DNA from: a bacterium
GTDB lineage: Bacteria; Zhuqueibacterota; Zhuqueibacteria; Oceanimicrobiales; Oceanimicrobiaceae
DNA: 64,000 nucleotides
Direction: 5' to 3'
Assembly: GCA_046758365.1 (NCBI GenBank)
Contig: JBHIAC010000001.1
Location: 32,001 to 96,000, forward strand
In this document: in pieces, positions 20,405 through 30,072 of the stretch
Position numbering within the stretch: position 1 is the first letter of the stretch
Layout of the letters: each line of letters starts with the position of its first letter
Made by a program: the position numbers and the translations under genes
The notes under the pieces: model-generated
Databases searched by the model: none
Seen by the model: the letters and a program-made list of their open reading frames with translations, nothing else
What the model was told of the DNA's origin: nothing

Positions 20405-21709
20405 ATGCACATCAGCGTCTTTGGCACAGGATATGTTGGCTTGGTAACAGGTACGTGTTTTGCCGAATTTGGTAACGATGTCATTTGTGTGGATATTGAC
20501 GAGGATAAAATTAACAACTTGAATAAAGGTACTCTTCCGATTTATGAGCCAGGTTTAGATGTACTTGTGTCAAAAAACACAAAAGAAGGTAGACTTACGT
20601 TTACCACAAATGTGAAGCTTGCAGTAGAAAATTCATTGGTAATATTTATCGCCGTTGGTACCCCACCCAAGGATGACGGGTCCGCAGATTTGAGATTTGT
20701 GGAGACTGTTGCGAAAGATATTGCTAAATATATGAATGGTTATAAGGTTATCGTTAATAAAAGTACTGTGCCCGTTGGTTCAGGAAAATGGATTCAAAAT
20801 ATTATTGGAGAAAACGTATCTCCAAAATACAATTGCAGTGCAGTGTCAAACCCAGAGTTTTTGAGGGAAGGTTCGGCTATTGAGGACTTTATGCGCCCGG
20901 ATCGAGTGGTGATTGGGGCGGAATCCAGCGAAGCTATCGCAATAATGAAGGATCTTTATTCACCGCTTTATTTAATTGAGACCCCATTTGTTATTACTAA
21001 TTTAGAAACCGCTGAACTGATAAAGTACGCTTCTAATGCATTTTTAGCTACTAAAGTTTCTTTTATTAATGAGATGGCTAATTTTTGCGACATCATTGGA
21101 GCCGATGTGCATCATGTTGCCCTTGGCATGGGCCTAGATAATCGTATCGGTAAGAAGTTTCTACATCCAGGGCCTGGCTATGGCGGCTCATGCTTTCCGA
21201 AAGATACTAATGCTTTACTCCAATTAGGCCAGAAATATGATTACAATTTTAGAATTGTAAGATCCGTTGTGCAGGTAAATGAACTGCAAAGTAATCTTAT
21301 GATTAAAAAAATTAAAAATGCTACGGGAGGCGTGAAAGATAAAACTTTTGGAATATTGGGATTATCTTTCAAACCTAATACAGACGATATGCGAGATGCG
21401 CCTTCTGTTAGAATTATACAGGGGCTTCTAAAAGAGGGTGCTATTATTAAGGCCTTTGACCCAGTGGCCGTGGAAGAAGCCAAAAAATTGCTGCCGAATT
21501 TAATCTATTGTCGTGACACTTATGAGGTAGCCAAAGATTGTGATGTTTTAATATTTATTACTGAATGGAATCAATTTAGAAGTTTGAATTTAGACAAAAT
21601 AAAGAATCTTATGAAATCTCCAAACATTATAGATTTAAGGAATATTTACGAGCCTGAAAAAATGAAAGAAAAAGGTTTCAATTATACTTGTGTGGGACGT
21701 CCAAAGTAA
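20405..21709 (+). CDS. ugd: UDP-glucose 6-dehydrogenase
   Basis: GTGYVG, IAVGTP, KSTVPVG, NPEFLREG, GYGGSCFPKD and FKPNTDDMR. Confidence 0.95.
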   Translation: MHISVFGTGYVGLVTGTCFAEFGNDVICVDIDEDKINNLNKGTLPIYEPGLDVLVSKNTKEGRLTFTTNVKLAVENSLVIFIAVGTPPKDDGSADLRFVETVAKDIAKYMNGYKVIVNKSTVPVGSGKWIQNIIGENVSPKYNCSAVSNPEFLREGSAIEDFMRPDRVVIGAESSEAIAIMKDLYSPLYLIETPFVITNLETAELIKYASNAFLATKVSFINEMANFCDIIGADVHHVALGMGLDNRIGKKFLHPGPGYGGSCFPKDTNALLQLGQKYDYNFRIVRSVVQVNELQSNLMIKKIKNATGGVKDKTFGILGLSFKPNTDDMRDAPSVRIIQGLLKEGAIIKAFDPVAVEEAKKLLPNLIYCRDTYEVAKDCDVLIFITEWNQFRSLNLDKIKNLMKSPNIIDLRNIYEPEKMKEKGFNYTCVGRPK

Positions 21710-21811
21710 AAAATAGCATTAATTTATTGTATATAACTATTTAAATTTAAATAACATAAATAATTTCAAGAATGTATTAGAGGTTCTTTTAAATTTCTTG
21801 AGTTCCATTCC

Positions 21812-21914
21812 AAAAGAGATGGTTTGGTGATAGTTGATATCTTTAGGTTTTGACTCAAGCCAAAAGATTTTCATGGAAAGCTTTAATAATCACCGGCTAT
21901 CTCTTTTTTATTTT
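21812..21914 (+). other. Nested stem-loop of about 96 nt followed by a T-tract (extended terminator or structured RNA)
   Basis: Outer arms AAAAGAGATGGTTTGGTGAT / ATCACCGGCTATCTCTTTT enclose the inner hairpin ATCTTTAGGTTT-TGACTC-AAGCCAAAAGAT. Confidence 0.6.
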
Positions 21915-21948
21915 GTGTCAGTTCAGTACATCGTTTCAAAATGGCACA
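21914..21948. promoter_or_regulatory. Tandem YGT-N11-ACA boxes, putative bEBP upstream activator sequence (operon 2)
   Basis: TGTGTCAGTTCAGTACA-T-CGTTTCAAAATGGCACA. Confidence 0.68.
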
Positions 21949-22045
21949 AGGAATTGCTGTAACTTCACTATTTATCTTAAAGTTATGACTTAATAAGCAT
22001 ATATAAAATTGGGAGTTGATTGGCTATATATCCATCAGGATTCAA

Positions 22046-22061
22046 TGGCACCATAATTGCT
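22046..22061 (+). promoter_or_regulatory. Sigma54 -24/-12 promoter (operon 2)
   Basis: TGGCAC-CATAA-TTGCT matches TGGCAC-N5-TTGCW exactly. Lies 97 nt after the tandem boxes. Confidence 0.8.
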
Positions 22062-22247
22062 AAAGTTAATAGACTTGAGGCCGATTTATATCATAGCTTT
22101 AACAATGTGTTAAGATATTGAATGAATTAGACTAACCTTATTAAGCTCGCATCATTTTTGTAGCTTTCAAAACATGTAAATTGATTAAATATTTATTTTT
22201 ATCTGAGTTCATGTTTAAATTGTTTATGTTATAGGAAAATCAAGCAA

Positions 22248-23441
22248 ATGAAAACTTTAATGATTGCTCCTCAACCGTTCTTTCAGCCAAGGGGAACCCC
22301 GTTTAGTGTGCTTCATCGGCTAAAGGCATTAACCCAATTAGGTTACAAAATTGATTTGTTAACCTATCATTTGGGAGCAGACGTTGAGATTGATGGAGTG
22401 TCTATATACAGAATTCCCAGAATACCGTTTATAAAAAAGATAGCCATCGGTCCTTCAAAAAACAAAGTTATTTTAGATGTTTATCTCATCCTAAAAGCTA
22501 TAACAATGCTACGTAATGGTAATTATGATTTAATTCATTCACATGAGGAGGCTGGGATTTTTGCTACCTATTTGGCAAAAATATTTGGTACTTTACATCT
22601 GTATGACATGCATTCCAGCTTGCCCCAGCAGTTATCAAATTTTAAATTTACCAGATCCAAATTATTGATAAGTTGGTTTGAGAAATTAGAAAACTATACT
22701 ATTAAAAATGCTGCGGCGGTTATTACGATTTGTCCAGAAATGTTTAATTATGTTAAACGTATGTTTCCAAACCAATATAATACTCTGATAGAAAATGTAG
22801 CTGACAACAGTTTAGTTTTTCAAACTCAACCCAATTCGATTCACATAAAGGAAAAAGAAAAAACCAATGGAGAATTAATTGTTTTGTACACTGGCACTTT
22901 TGAGCCTTATCAAGGCATTGATTTATTAATTGAATCAAGTACAAGAGTGATTCAACAAGTAGATAACGTAAAATATGTTTTAGTAGGAGGGATACCTACA
23001 CAAGTTGAAACCTACAAAAATAAAGTTAAAGCTTTAAATCTGGATAAGTATTTCGTTTTTACAGGTTCCATTTCTCCTGAAGAGGTACCCCAATATATTG
23101 AAGATTCGGATATTTTAGTTTCCCCAAGAACGGATGGCAATAACACTCCATTGAAAATTTATTCGTACTTACGATCAGGAAAGCCCATTGTTGCCACAAA
23201 ACATATTACCCACACGCAGGTTTTAAATTCAGAAGTGTCGATTCTTACTGATTGTACTCCGGAGGCGTTTGGGGAAGGTGTAATATCGGTACTTAAAAAT
23301 GCCGATCTGCGAAAAAAATTGGGTAATAAAGCAAAAAAGTTAGCCGAGGAAAAATACAGCTACCAATCCTTTTTAAATAAGACGAAAGAAGTATACGATT
23401 ATTTAGAGAAGCAATTAGAAATTAGGAGGAGAGTCCATTAA
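22248..23441 (+). CDS. Glycosyltransferase family 4
   Basis: GT-B pattern: YTGTFEPYQGID, DILVSPR..GNNTPLKIYSYL.SGKPIVAT. Confidence 0.88.
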   Translation: MKTLMIAPQPFFQPRGTPFSVLHRLKALTQLGYKIDLLTYHLGADVEIDGVSIYRIPRIPFIKKIAIGPSKNKVILDVYLILKAITMLRNGNYDLIHSHEEAGIFATYLAKIFGTLHLYDMHSSLPQQLSNFKFTRSKLLISWFEKLENYTIKNAAAVITICPEMFNYVKRMFPNQYNTLIENVADNSLVFQTQPNSIHIKEKEKTNGELIVLYTGTFEPYQGIDLLIESSTRVIQQVDNVKYVLVGGIPTQVETYKNKVKALNLDKYFVFTGSISPEEVPQYIEDSDILVSPRTDGNNTPLKIYSYLRSGKPIVATKHITHTQVLNSEVSILTDCTPEAFGEGVISVLKNADLRKKLGNKAKKLAEEKYSYQSFLNKTKEVYDYLEKQLEIRRRVH

Positions 23442-25378
23442 TGTGTGGCATCTGTGGAATAACTTATTTTGATAGAGAAAGAAAACTCTCCGAACAAGAT
23501 ATTCAGCGCATGTGTGATGCCATGTACCATCGTGGGCCTGATGATGCCGGTTGGTATGTTAAGGGCAATTTGGGAATTGGCATGCGACGGTTAAGCATTA
23601 TTGATTTGGTGACTGGACATCAGCCAATTTCCAACGAAGATGGCACTATTTGGATTGTTTTTAATGGAGAAATATATAACCATTTAGAGTTGCGGCAAGA
23701 ACTCAAAAAGAAAGGGCATAAATTCCAAACGCGGGCTGATACCGAAGCCATTGTCCATGCTTATGAAGAATATGGAGAAGATTGTCCTAAAAAGCTAAAT
23801 GGTATGTTTGGATTTGCCATTTGGGATCAAAGGAACCAAACCCTGTTTTTAGCACGAGACCGTTTGGGAATTAAGCCGCTTTATTATTACCACGATTCCA
23901 AAATGTTTGTATTTGCATCTGAATTGAAATCTATCTTACAAATTCAAGATATTCCTAGAAAAGTGGATTTGCGTGCATTGGATATTTACTTAACTTTTGA
24001 GTATATACCATCGCCTTTTAGTATTTTTAAAGACATAGCAAAATTACCACCCGGCCATACTTTAACTTTAAGAAACGGTAAATTTTCCGTCAAAGAATAC
24101 TGGGATGTACATTTTGACGAAAACAAGGTGAGTGAACAAGAGCTTTGTGAGCAATTAATTGAGCTACTTCAAGATGCCGTTAAAATACGTTTGATGAGCG
24201 ATGTACCTCTTGGAGCGTTTTTGAGTGGCGGCATTGATTCAAGTTCTGTGGTAGCCTTAATGAGCCGAGTGATGGATAGACCTGTTAAGACGTTTTCTAT
24301 CAGTTTTGAAGAAGCAAGTTATAATGAGACTCATTTTGCTCAGAACATTGCAAAGCATTTTAATACAGAACACCATGAGTTTAAGATTAAGCCCAATGCC
24401 CTGGATCTAACAGAAAAATTAATTAGACATCTGGATGAACCTTTTGGAGATTTTTCAATTTTCCCGACCTATTTGGTCTCAAAAATGGCTCGTGAATATG
24501 TAACAGTATCATTATCAGGCGACGGAGGGGATGAACTATTTGCGGGCTATGATACCTATATTGCTAACAAACTTGCGTGTATTTATAAACCGTTGCCTAA
24601 GTTTGTTCGAGAGAACCTAATAAATCCTATCCTAAATGGAATTCCTCCCACGGATAAGAAAAAAGGTTTGATTAATCGGGCCAAACGATTTATTGAAGGA
24701 TTACGCCTACCAGAAGAATTGGAACATACCAGGTGGATGATTTTTCTTCAAGAAGCAGAGAAATCCCAGCTTTATTCACAGGAGATTCAAGATAGCCTTA
24801 ATGGTGTAATTCCCTATGATTTCATTTGTGACTATTTTGGGAAGGCTAAGACCTCTGATGATGTAAACCGACAACTTTATGTAGATATCAAAACATATTT
24901 GGCCGATGATATTTTGGTTAAAGTGGATCGCATGAGCATGGCAGTCTCTTTAGAAGCAAGAGTTCCTTTTCTAGATCATAGATTTGTTGAATTTACAGCT
25001 ACGATCCCGAGTCGCTTAAAACTGAAAGGAACCAACACTAAATTAATTTTAAAGAAAGCCATGCGGGATATATTGCCTCCAAAAATTCTTAAACGCGGGA
25101 AAGAGGGTTTTAGTATTCCTATCAAAAATTGGTTAAAAAACGAACTTAGACCCCTAATGTTGGACATGCTTGATCATCAAAGAATCAAGAGGGAAGGATT
25201 TTTTGATTCTGCTTATGTGCAACAACTTACCCATGAGCATTTAAATGGCATCGAAAATCACAGTCATCGTCTTTGGGCTATGATGGTATTTGAAATTTGG
25301 CAGGATCTGTATTTGCGGAGTGAACGAGTAACCTATGAAAAAAAGAATCAAACATCTAACCAACTTATTGAGATTTAA
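23441..25378 (+). CDS. asnB: Asparagine synthase-like glutamine amidotransferase (probable glycan amidotransferase)
   Basis: MCGICG, HRGPDD, NGEIYN, LSGGIDSS, SGDGGDELFAGY and KVDRMSMAVSLEARVPFLD. Confidence 0.92.
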   Translation: MCGICGITYFDRERKLSEQDIQRMCDAMYHRGPDDAGWYVKGNLGIGMRRLSIIDLVTGHQPISNEDGTIWIVFNGEIYNHLELRQELKKKGHKFQTRADTEAIVHAYEEYGEDCPKKLNGMFGFAIWDQRNQTLFLARDRLGIKPLYYYHDSKMFVFASELKSILQIQDIPRKVDLRALDIYLTFEYIPSPFSIFKDIAKLPPGHTLTLRNGKFSVKEYWDVHFDENKVSEQELCEQLIELLQDAVKIRLMSDVPLGAFLSGGIDSSSVVALMSRVMDRPVKTFSISFEEASYNETHFAQNIAKHFNTEHHEFKIKPNALDLTEKLIRHLDEPFGDFSIFPTYLVSKMAREYVTVSLSGDGGDELFAGYDTYIANKLACIYKPLPKFVRENLINPILNGIPPTDKKKGLINRAKRFIEGLRLPEELEHTRWMIFLQEAEKSQLYSQEIQDSLNGVIPYDFICDYFGKAKTSDDVNRQLYVDIKTYLADDILVKVDRMSMAVSLEARVPFLDHRFVEFTATIPSRLKLKGTNTKLILKKAMRDILPPKILKRGKEGFSIPIKNWLKNELRPLMLDMLDHQRIKREGFFDSAYVQQLTHEHLNGIENHSHRLWAMMVFEIWQDLYLRSERVTYEKKNQTSNQLIEI

Positions 25379-26414
25379 TCGAGGCGTGGAGATTCCAGTA
25401 ATCGGCCCGCTCAAAGCGGAGTGGGAAGTTATTAACACCTGTAATGCAAAATGTACGACCTGTCTCCATTGGAAAAATAAACCTGATTCATCGATTTTAT
25501 CAACATCTGAAGGTAAAAATCTCATAAAGCAACTTGCTGAGTCTGGACTGCTAAAATTATGTATTACCGGCGGTGAGCCACTGTTACGAAAGGATCTAAA
25601 TGAGCTTATCTATTTTGCCAATGGGCAAGGCTTATCTATCTCCTTAATAAGTAATGGACTACTGATTACTGAACGACGTGCCAGGGAATTGGTTGATGTT
25701 AATCTAGATACCATTTTCATTTCAATAGACGCAGCCCAAGCCAATTTAAATGATAAAATAAGAGGGCTGAATGGTTATTTTGATTTGGCTATGGCGGCCA
25801 TTGATAATTTAAAATCTATGCGGCGAAATGCATGGCCAAATATTTTTATTAAAGCAACCATCACAAAATTAAATGTCAATCAATTAGTCTCTCTTGCAAA
25901 ATTAGCGGTATCAAAGGGTATCGATGGACTCAGTTTTCAACTGGCTCAAATTTTGGAAAATGAAAACTTTATTTTTAACAAATCCTTACTGCTGGATGCC
26001 AAAAATCAAGAAAAATTGATAGAAGAACTCGATAAAGTAATTAATAAATACGGGAAAATATTAACGGGTTCATTAGAATACTATCACGCAATGCGAAAAT
26101 TTTTTGAAAAACCTGATTATTTTAAACAATATCGTAGTGTGTCTGGTTTTTCATACGTTGTAATCGATTCTTGGGGTAAAATTTTTACTAACCCGGCAAA
26201 AATTAATAAAATCGGCGATATTCGGGAAGACTCTTTTAAAAATATCTGGTATGGCAAAACAGCAAATGAACTCCGAAGAAGGAAAGAAGTGCAGGTTGAA
26301 ACAAGTTATCTTTTTGATTCCATTGGGAGTATGAGCGTAAATTTTTCTGATTTAAATCTAAAGCGTTTCTTTAAACTGCTTCGTCCCATTTTCCACGGAG
26401 CTGAATTTATCTAA
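25335..26414 (+). CDS. Radical SAM protein with a cysteine-less SPASM/twitch-like C-terminus
   Basis: CNAKCTTC, TGGEPLLR, SNG, ISID and IRG; C-terminal IDSWGKI...IGDIREDSFKNIW. Confidence 0.88.
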   Translation: MKKRIKHLTNLLRFNRGVEIPVIGPLKAEWEVINTCNAKCTTCLHWKNKPDSSILSTSEGKNLIKQLAESGLLKLCITGGEPLLRKDLNELIYFANGQGLSISLISNGLLITERRARELVDVNLDTIFISIDAAQANLNDKIRGLNGYFDLAMAAIDNLKSMRRNAWPNIFIKATITKLNVNQLVSLAKLAVSKGIDGLSFQLAQILENENFIFNKSLLLDAKNQEKLIEELDKVINKYGKILTGSLEYYHAMRKFFEKPDYFKQYRSVSGFSYVVIDSWGKIFTNPAKINKIGDIREDSFKNIWYGKTANELRRRKEVQVETSYLFDSIGSMSVNFSDLNLKRFFKLLRPIFHGAEFI

Positions 26415-26442
26415 TTTTATACGAACCAAAGGAAAATTCCTG

Positions 26443-27249
26443 ATGACCCAAACTGCAGTAGAGATTCGAGAACCAAATTTAAGATTAACAGACCCATTGA
26501 TGGAAGAAATTCGAAAATATTGGAACGATCATATTCATGATTTGGAGTTGGCGAAGCACCCTGTTGGCACGAAAGGTTTTTTTGACGATCTGGATACATA
26601 TCGATTTGACAAATTACGCTATTTACCCAGATTAGTAAATTTTAAAGGCTACAAGAGTAAAAAGTTCTTAGAAGTTGGCTGTGGAGTAGGTATCGATTTG
26701 GTAAGGTTTGCAAAAGGAGGTGCCATAGTGACTGGGGTAGATCTAGCAGACAGATCCATAGAGCTGGCCAAAAGAAATTTCCAACATCATGGAATTACAG
26801 GTCATCTAATACTGGGAAATGGAGAAGATTTAGTTATCGAAGACAATAGCTTTGATGTCGTTTATGCTCATGGAGTCATACAATACACCGCAAATGACCA
26901 GGCTATGGTAGATGAATTATATCGCGTTGTTAAACCTGGCGGGGAAGTCATTATGATGGTTTACAACCGTCTGTCCTGGCTTAATTTTTTATCGGTTACC
27001 TTAGGGGTGGCCTTGGAACATGAGGACGCCCCCGTTTTAAAAAAATATTCCATTAAAGAGTTTAAAGAACTTTTGAAAAAATTTCCAAAAGTAAAGATCA
27101 TACCTGAGAGATTTCCAGTAAAGTCCCGATTACAAAAAGGGGTAAAGGCCATGTTTTTCAATGGGGTTTTTGTACCCATATTTAATTTGATTCCTAGATT
27201 CATTACTCGCCGCAGTGGCTGGCACCTTTTGGCCTTTGCTTATAAATAA
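26443..27249 (+). CDS. Class I SAM-dependent methyltransferase
   Basis: LEVGCGVG, VTGVDL, DNSFDVVY and RVVKPGG. Confidence 0.9.
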   Translation: MTQTAVEIREPNLRLTDPLMEEIRKYWNDHIHDLELAKHPVGTKGFFDDLDTYRFDKLRYLPRLVNFKGYKSKKFLEVGCGVGIDLVRFAKGGAIVTGVDLADRSIELAKRNFQHHGITGHLILGNGEDLVIEDNSFDVVYAHGVIQYTANDQAMVDELYRVVKPGGEVIMMVYNRLSWLNFLSVTLGVALEHEDAPVLKKYSIKEFKELLKKFPKVKIIPERFPVKSRLQKGVKAMFFNGVFVPIFNLIPRFITRRSGWHLLAFAYK

Positions 27250-27311
27250 AAACAACTTTAAGAAATTGACGGTTTGAATAAAAATCTGAAAGTCAGAACT
27301 TCCTTTTAGTA

Positions 27312-28994
27312 ATGAAAAGAGAATTGGCTCAATTAGAGGGGAATCAATTTGATGTGCTCATTATTGGTGGCGGAATTTATGGTGTTTGCACGGCTTGGGA
27401 TGCAGCCCTAAGAGGTTTATCTGTTGCATTGGTAGAAAAGAGTGATTTCGGAGCCGCTACATCTTCCAATAGCTTAAAAATAATCCATGGTGGACTTCGC
27501 TATCTACAGCATGCTGACTTCAAACGCATGCGTGAATCCATCGTAGAACGACACGTATTGATGAGAATTGCGCCTCACCTTGTACATCCACTTCCTTGTT
27601 TAATGCCAACTTATGGTCATTTTCTTAAAGGCAAAGAAGTGATGGCCTTAGCGCTTTTTATCAATGACTTAGTTGGTTTTGATCGAAACCGTCTTTCTGA
27701 CCCACAAAAATATATACCTCGGGGTCGGGTCATTTCGAAACAGGAATGTAAAGAATTGATACCAGGGGTCGATGAAGAGGGCCTGACTGGTGGAGCCCTT
27801 TGGTATGATTGTCAAGTGTACAATTCGGAGCGAATGCTCATTTCTATACTTCGTTCCGCTGTTGAGTTTGGGGCAGTTGTGGCCAACTACGTTAAAATGA
27901 TTAAATTTATAAAAAGTGGCCATCGGATTTCAGGAATATTAGCAAAAGATGTATTAACAAACGATCAATTTGATATAAAAGCAAAATTAGTTATTAATAA
28001 CAGCGGTCCCTGGGTAAATAACATCTTAAGTCATTTGAATGGACGTGTGTCAAAGTCAAGGGTTAAACTTTCTGCTGCTATGAATTTGGTTGTAAAAAAG
28101 CAAATCATTCCCAAGTACGCCGTTGGGATTTGGAGTAAGTCCAAATTGAAAGACGAAGATGCTGTTATTAGCAAAGGCTCTCGGCTCTATTTCATAACGC
28201 CATGGCGATATTATTCTTTAATTGGCACTACCCATCTACCCTATAAAGGGAATCCGAGCCATTTTAAAGTAAGTGAAAAGGAGATTGAAAGTTTTATTGA
28301 GGAGATAAACAAGGCTTATCTTCCAGCTAAACTGAAGCGCGAAGATATTTCATATTATTATGGTGGTATGTTGCCCATAGATGGAATTAATGAACAAACA
28401 GGGGAAATAAAACTCCTTAAACATTATCAGATTATCGATCACAAAGAAGAGAATGGGGTAGATGGGTTGATTTCGGTTATCGGAGTAAAATATACGACGG
28501 CCAGAGACGTGGCTGAAAAAACCATTGATTTTGTATTAAAAAAATTCGGAAAAAAGCCATCAAAATCTTTAACTTCGACCACGCCAATTTTTGGTGGCAG
28601 AATAGAAAAATTTAAAGATTTTCTGGTTGAAGAAAAATCTAAAACCCCTAAAGGATTAAGCAAGGATATGGTTGAGCGCTTGGTGTATAATTACGGGTCA
28701 GAATATCAACGAATATTGAGATATTGTGATGAGAATCCTGAATGGGCACTACCTGTCCATGAGAAGAGTGAGGTACTAAAAGCGGAAGTGATTCACAGTA
28801 TTCGTGAAGAGATGGCGCTTAAGTTATCTGATGTTATTCGACGTCGGACGGAACTTGGTTCAGCCGGAAGCCCAGGAGATCAATGTCTAAAAACCTGTGC
28901 AATTCTAATGGCCCAAGAATTGGGTTGGGATGATTCAAGGGTTCAAATAGAGATTGAAGAAGCGAAAGCTCTTTATATCCCTGAACCTTTTTAG
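27312..28994 (+). CDS. FAD-dependent glycerol-3-phosphate dehydrogenase/oxidase-like protein
   Basis: DVLIIGGGIYG, TSSNSLKIIHGGLRYL, APHLV, GVKYTTAR and LSDVIRRRT. Confidence 0.85.
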   Translation: MKRELAQLEGNQFDVLIIGGGIYGVCTAWDAALRGLSVALVEKSDFGAATSSNSLKIIHGGLRYLQHADFKRMRESIVERHVLMRIAPHLVHPLPCLMPTYGHFLKGKEVMALALFINDLVGFDRNRLSDPQKYIPRGRVISKQECKELIPGVDEEGLTGGALWYDCQVYNSERMLISILRSAVEFGAVVANYVKMIKFIKSGHRISGILAKDVLTNDQFDIKAKLVINNSGPWVNNILSHLNGRVSKSRVKLSAAMNLVVKKQIIPKYAVGIWSKSKLKDEDAVISKGSRLYFITPWRYYSLIGTTHLPYKGNPSHFKVSEKEIESFIEEINKAYLPAKLKREDISYYYGGMLPIDGINEQTGEIKLLKHYQIIDHKEENGVDGLISVIGVKYTTARDVAEKTIDFVLKKFGKKPSKSLTSTTPIFGGRIEKFKDFLVEEKSKTPKGLSKDMVERLVYNYGSEYQRILRYCDENPEWALPVHEKSEVLKAEVIHSIREEMALKLSDVIRRRTELGSAGSPGDQCLKTCAILMAQELGWDDSRVQIEIEEAKALYIPEPF

Positions 28995-29048
28995 GACTGC
29001 GTGAACTGTGGCATTTTTTAAATCAGGTTAAAATATTTAATTAAAATA

Positions 29049-30041
29049 ATGAATAAAAAAGCTTTTGTAACAGGCGCTAGCGGATTTACTGGCGGCCACC
29101 TTTGTAGGATTTTAGTAGAAAGGGGCTACACAGTTTCAGCCCTGGTAAGAAAGAGCAGTAAAATTGACCATTTAAAAAAGTTAGGAGTAAAGTGGGTATT
29201 AGCCGATTTAGCAGAATCTGCTACACTCAATGGTATTTTAAAAAATATTGATGTGGTTTTTCATGTTGCGGCTGCTTACCGACAGGAAGGAATTTCTAAA
29301 GAGTACTTTTGGAAAGTTAATGTTGATGGGACTCGGGCGATGCTTAAACAGGCACTGGAGAGCGGAGTTAGGCGGTTTGTCCACTGCAGTACCGTTGGTG
29401 TGCAGGGTGAAATTGCCAATCCACCGGCTAAAGAATCAGACCCTTACAATCCTGGCGACCATTATCAGGAGTCAAAAAAGGAGGGGGAAAAATTAGCTAT
29501 TGGTTTTTTTGAGAAATGTAACATGGAAGGGGTGATCGTTCGACCGGTGGGCATTTATGGGCCAGGCGATACCCGATTTTTGAAATTGTTCAAATATACT
29601 TTCAATGGCAAATTTCGAATGATTGGTGATGGAAATGTCTTATACCATTTAACCTATATTGATGATTTAGTAAATGGAATAATTTTAGCGGGAGAAAAGT
29701 CAGAAGCCGTGGGGCATATTTTTACCATCGGGGGTAATGAATATCTAACTTTAAAGGAATTAGTCGCTTTAATTGCAGAAGTTTTAGGCAGGCCGGTACC
29801 TAAAAAACAAATACCTTTATGGCCTGTTTATACGGCTGCCATTTTATGTGAGACAATTTGCAGGCCGCTTGGTATTGAACCTCCCATATACAGAAGAAGA
29901 TTGGATTTCTTCAAAAAGAATCGCGCTTTTGACATTTCTAAAGCAAAATTATTGCTCAGCTATGAACCAAGGGTTGATTTGAGGACAGGCTTGCGTAAAA
30001 CAGCACAATGGTATAGAAACCAAGGCTTATTAACTAAGTAG
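29049..30041 (+). CDS. Extended SDR (NAD-dependent epimerase/dehydratase, 3-beta-HSD-like)
   Basis: TGASGFTG, FHVAA, HCST, YQESK and RPVGIYGPGD. Confidence 0.85.
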   Translation: MNKKAFVTGASGFTGGHLCRILVERGYTVSALVRKSSKIDHLKKLGVKWVLADLAESATLNGILKNIDVVFHVAAAYRQEGISKEYFWKVNVDGTRAMLKQALESGVRRFVHCSTVGVQGEIANPPAKESDPYNPGDHYQESKKEGEKLAIGFFEKCNMEGVIVRPVGIYGPGDTRFLKLFKYTFNGKFRMIGDGNVLYHLTYIDDLVNGIILAGEKSEAVGHIFTIGGNEYLTLKELVALIAEVLGRPVPKKQIPLWPVYTAAILCETICRPLGIEPPIYRRRLDFFKKNRAFDISKAKLLLSYEPRVDLRTGLRKTAQWYRNQGLLTK

Positions 30042-30072
30042 TACATTTAATACTGCATAATGGTGATTCTGA

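Noticed and set aside
21942..21958. TGGCACAAGGAATTGCT as a sigma54 promoter
   Set aside because: The GG-to-GC spacing is one base too long. TGGCACA is better explained as the end of the second UAS box, and a correctly spaced site exists at 22046.
22062..22247. ops/JUMPstart antitermination element in the operon 2 leader
   Set aside because: No GGCGGTAG-like sequence seen in either leader, and no NusG paralog in the window.
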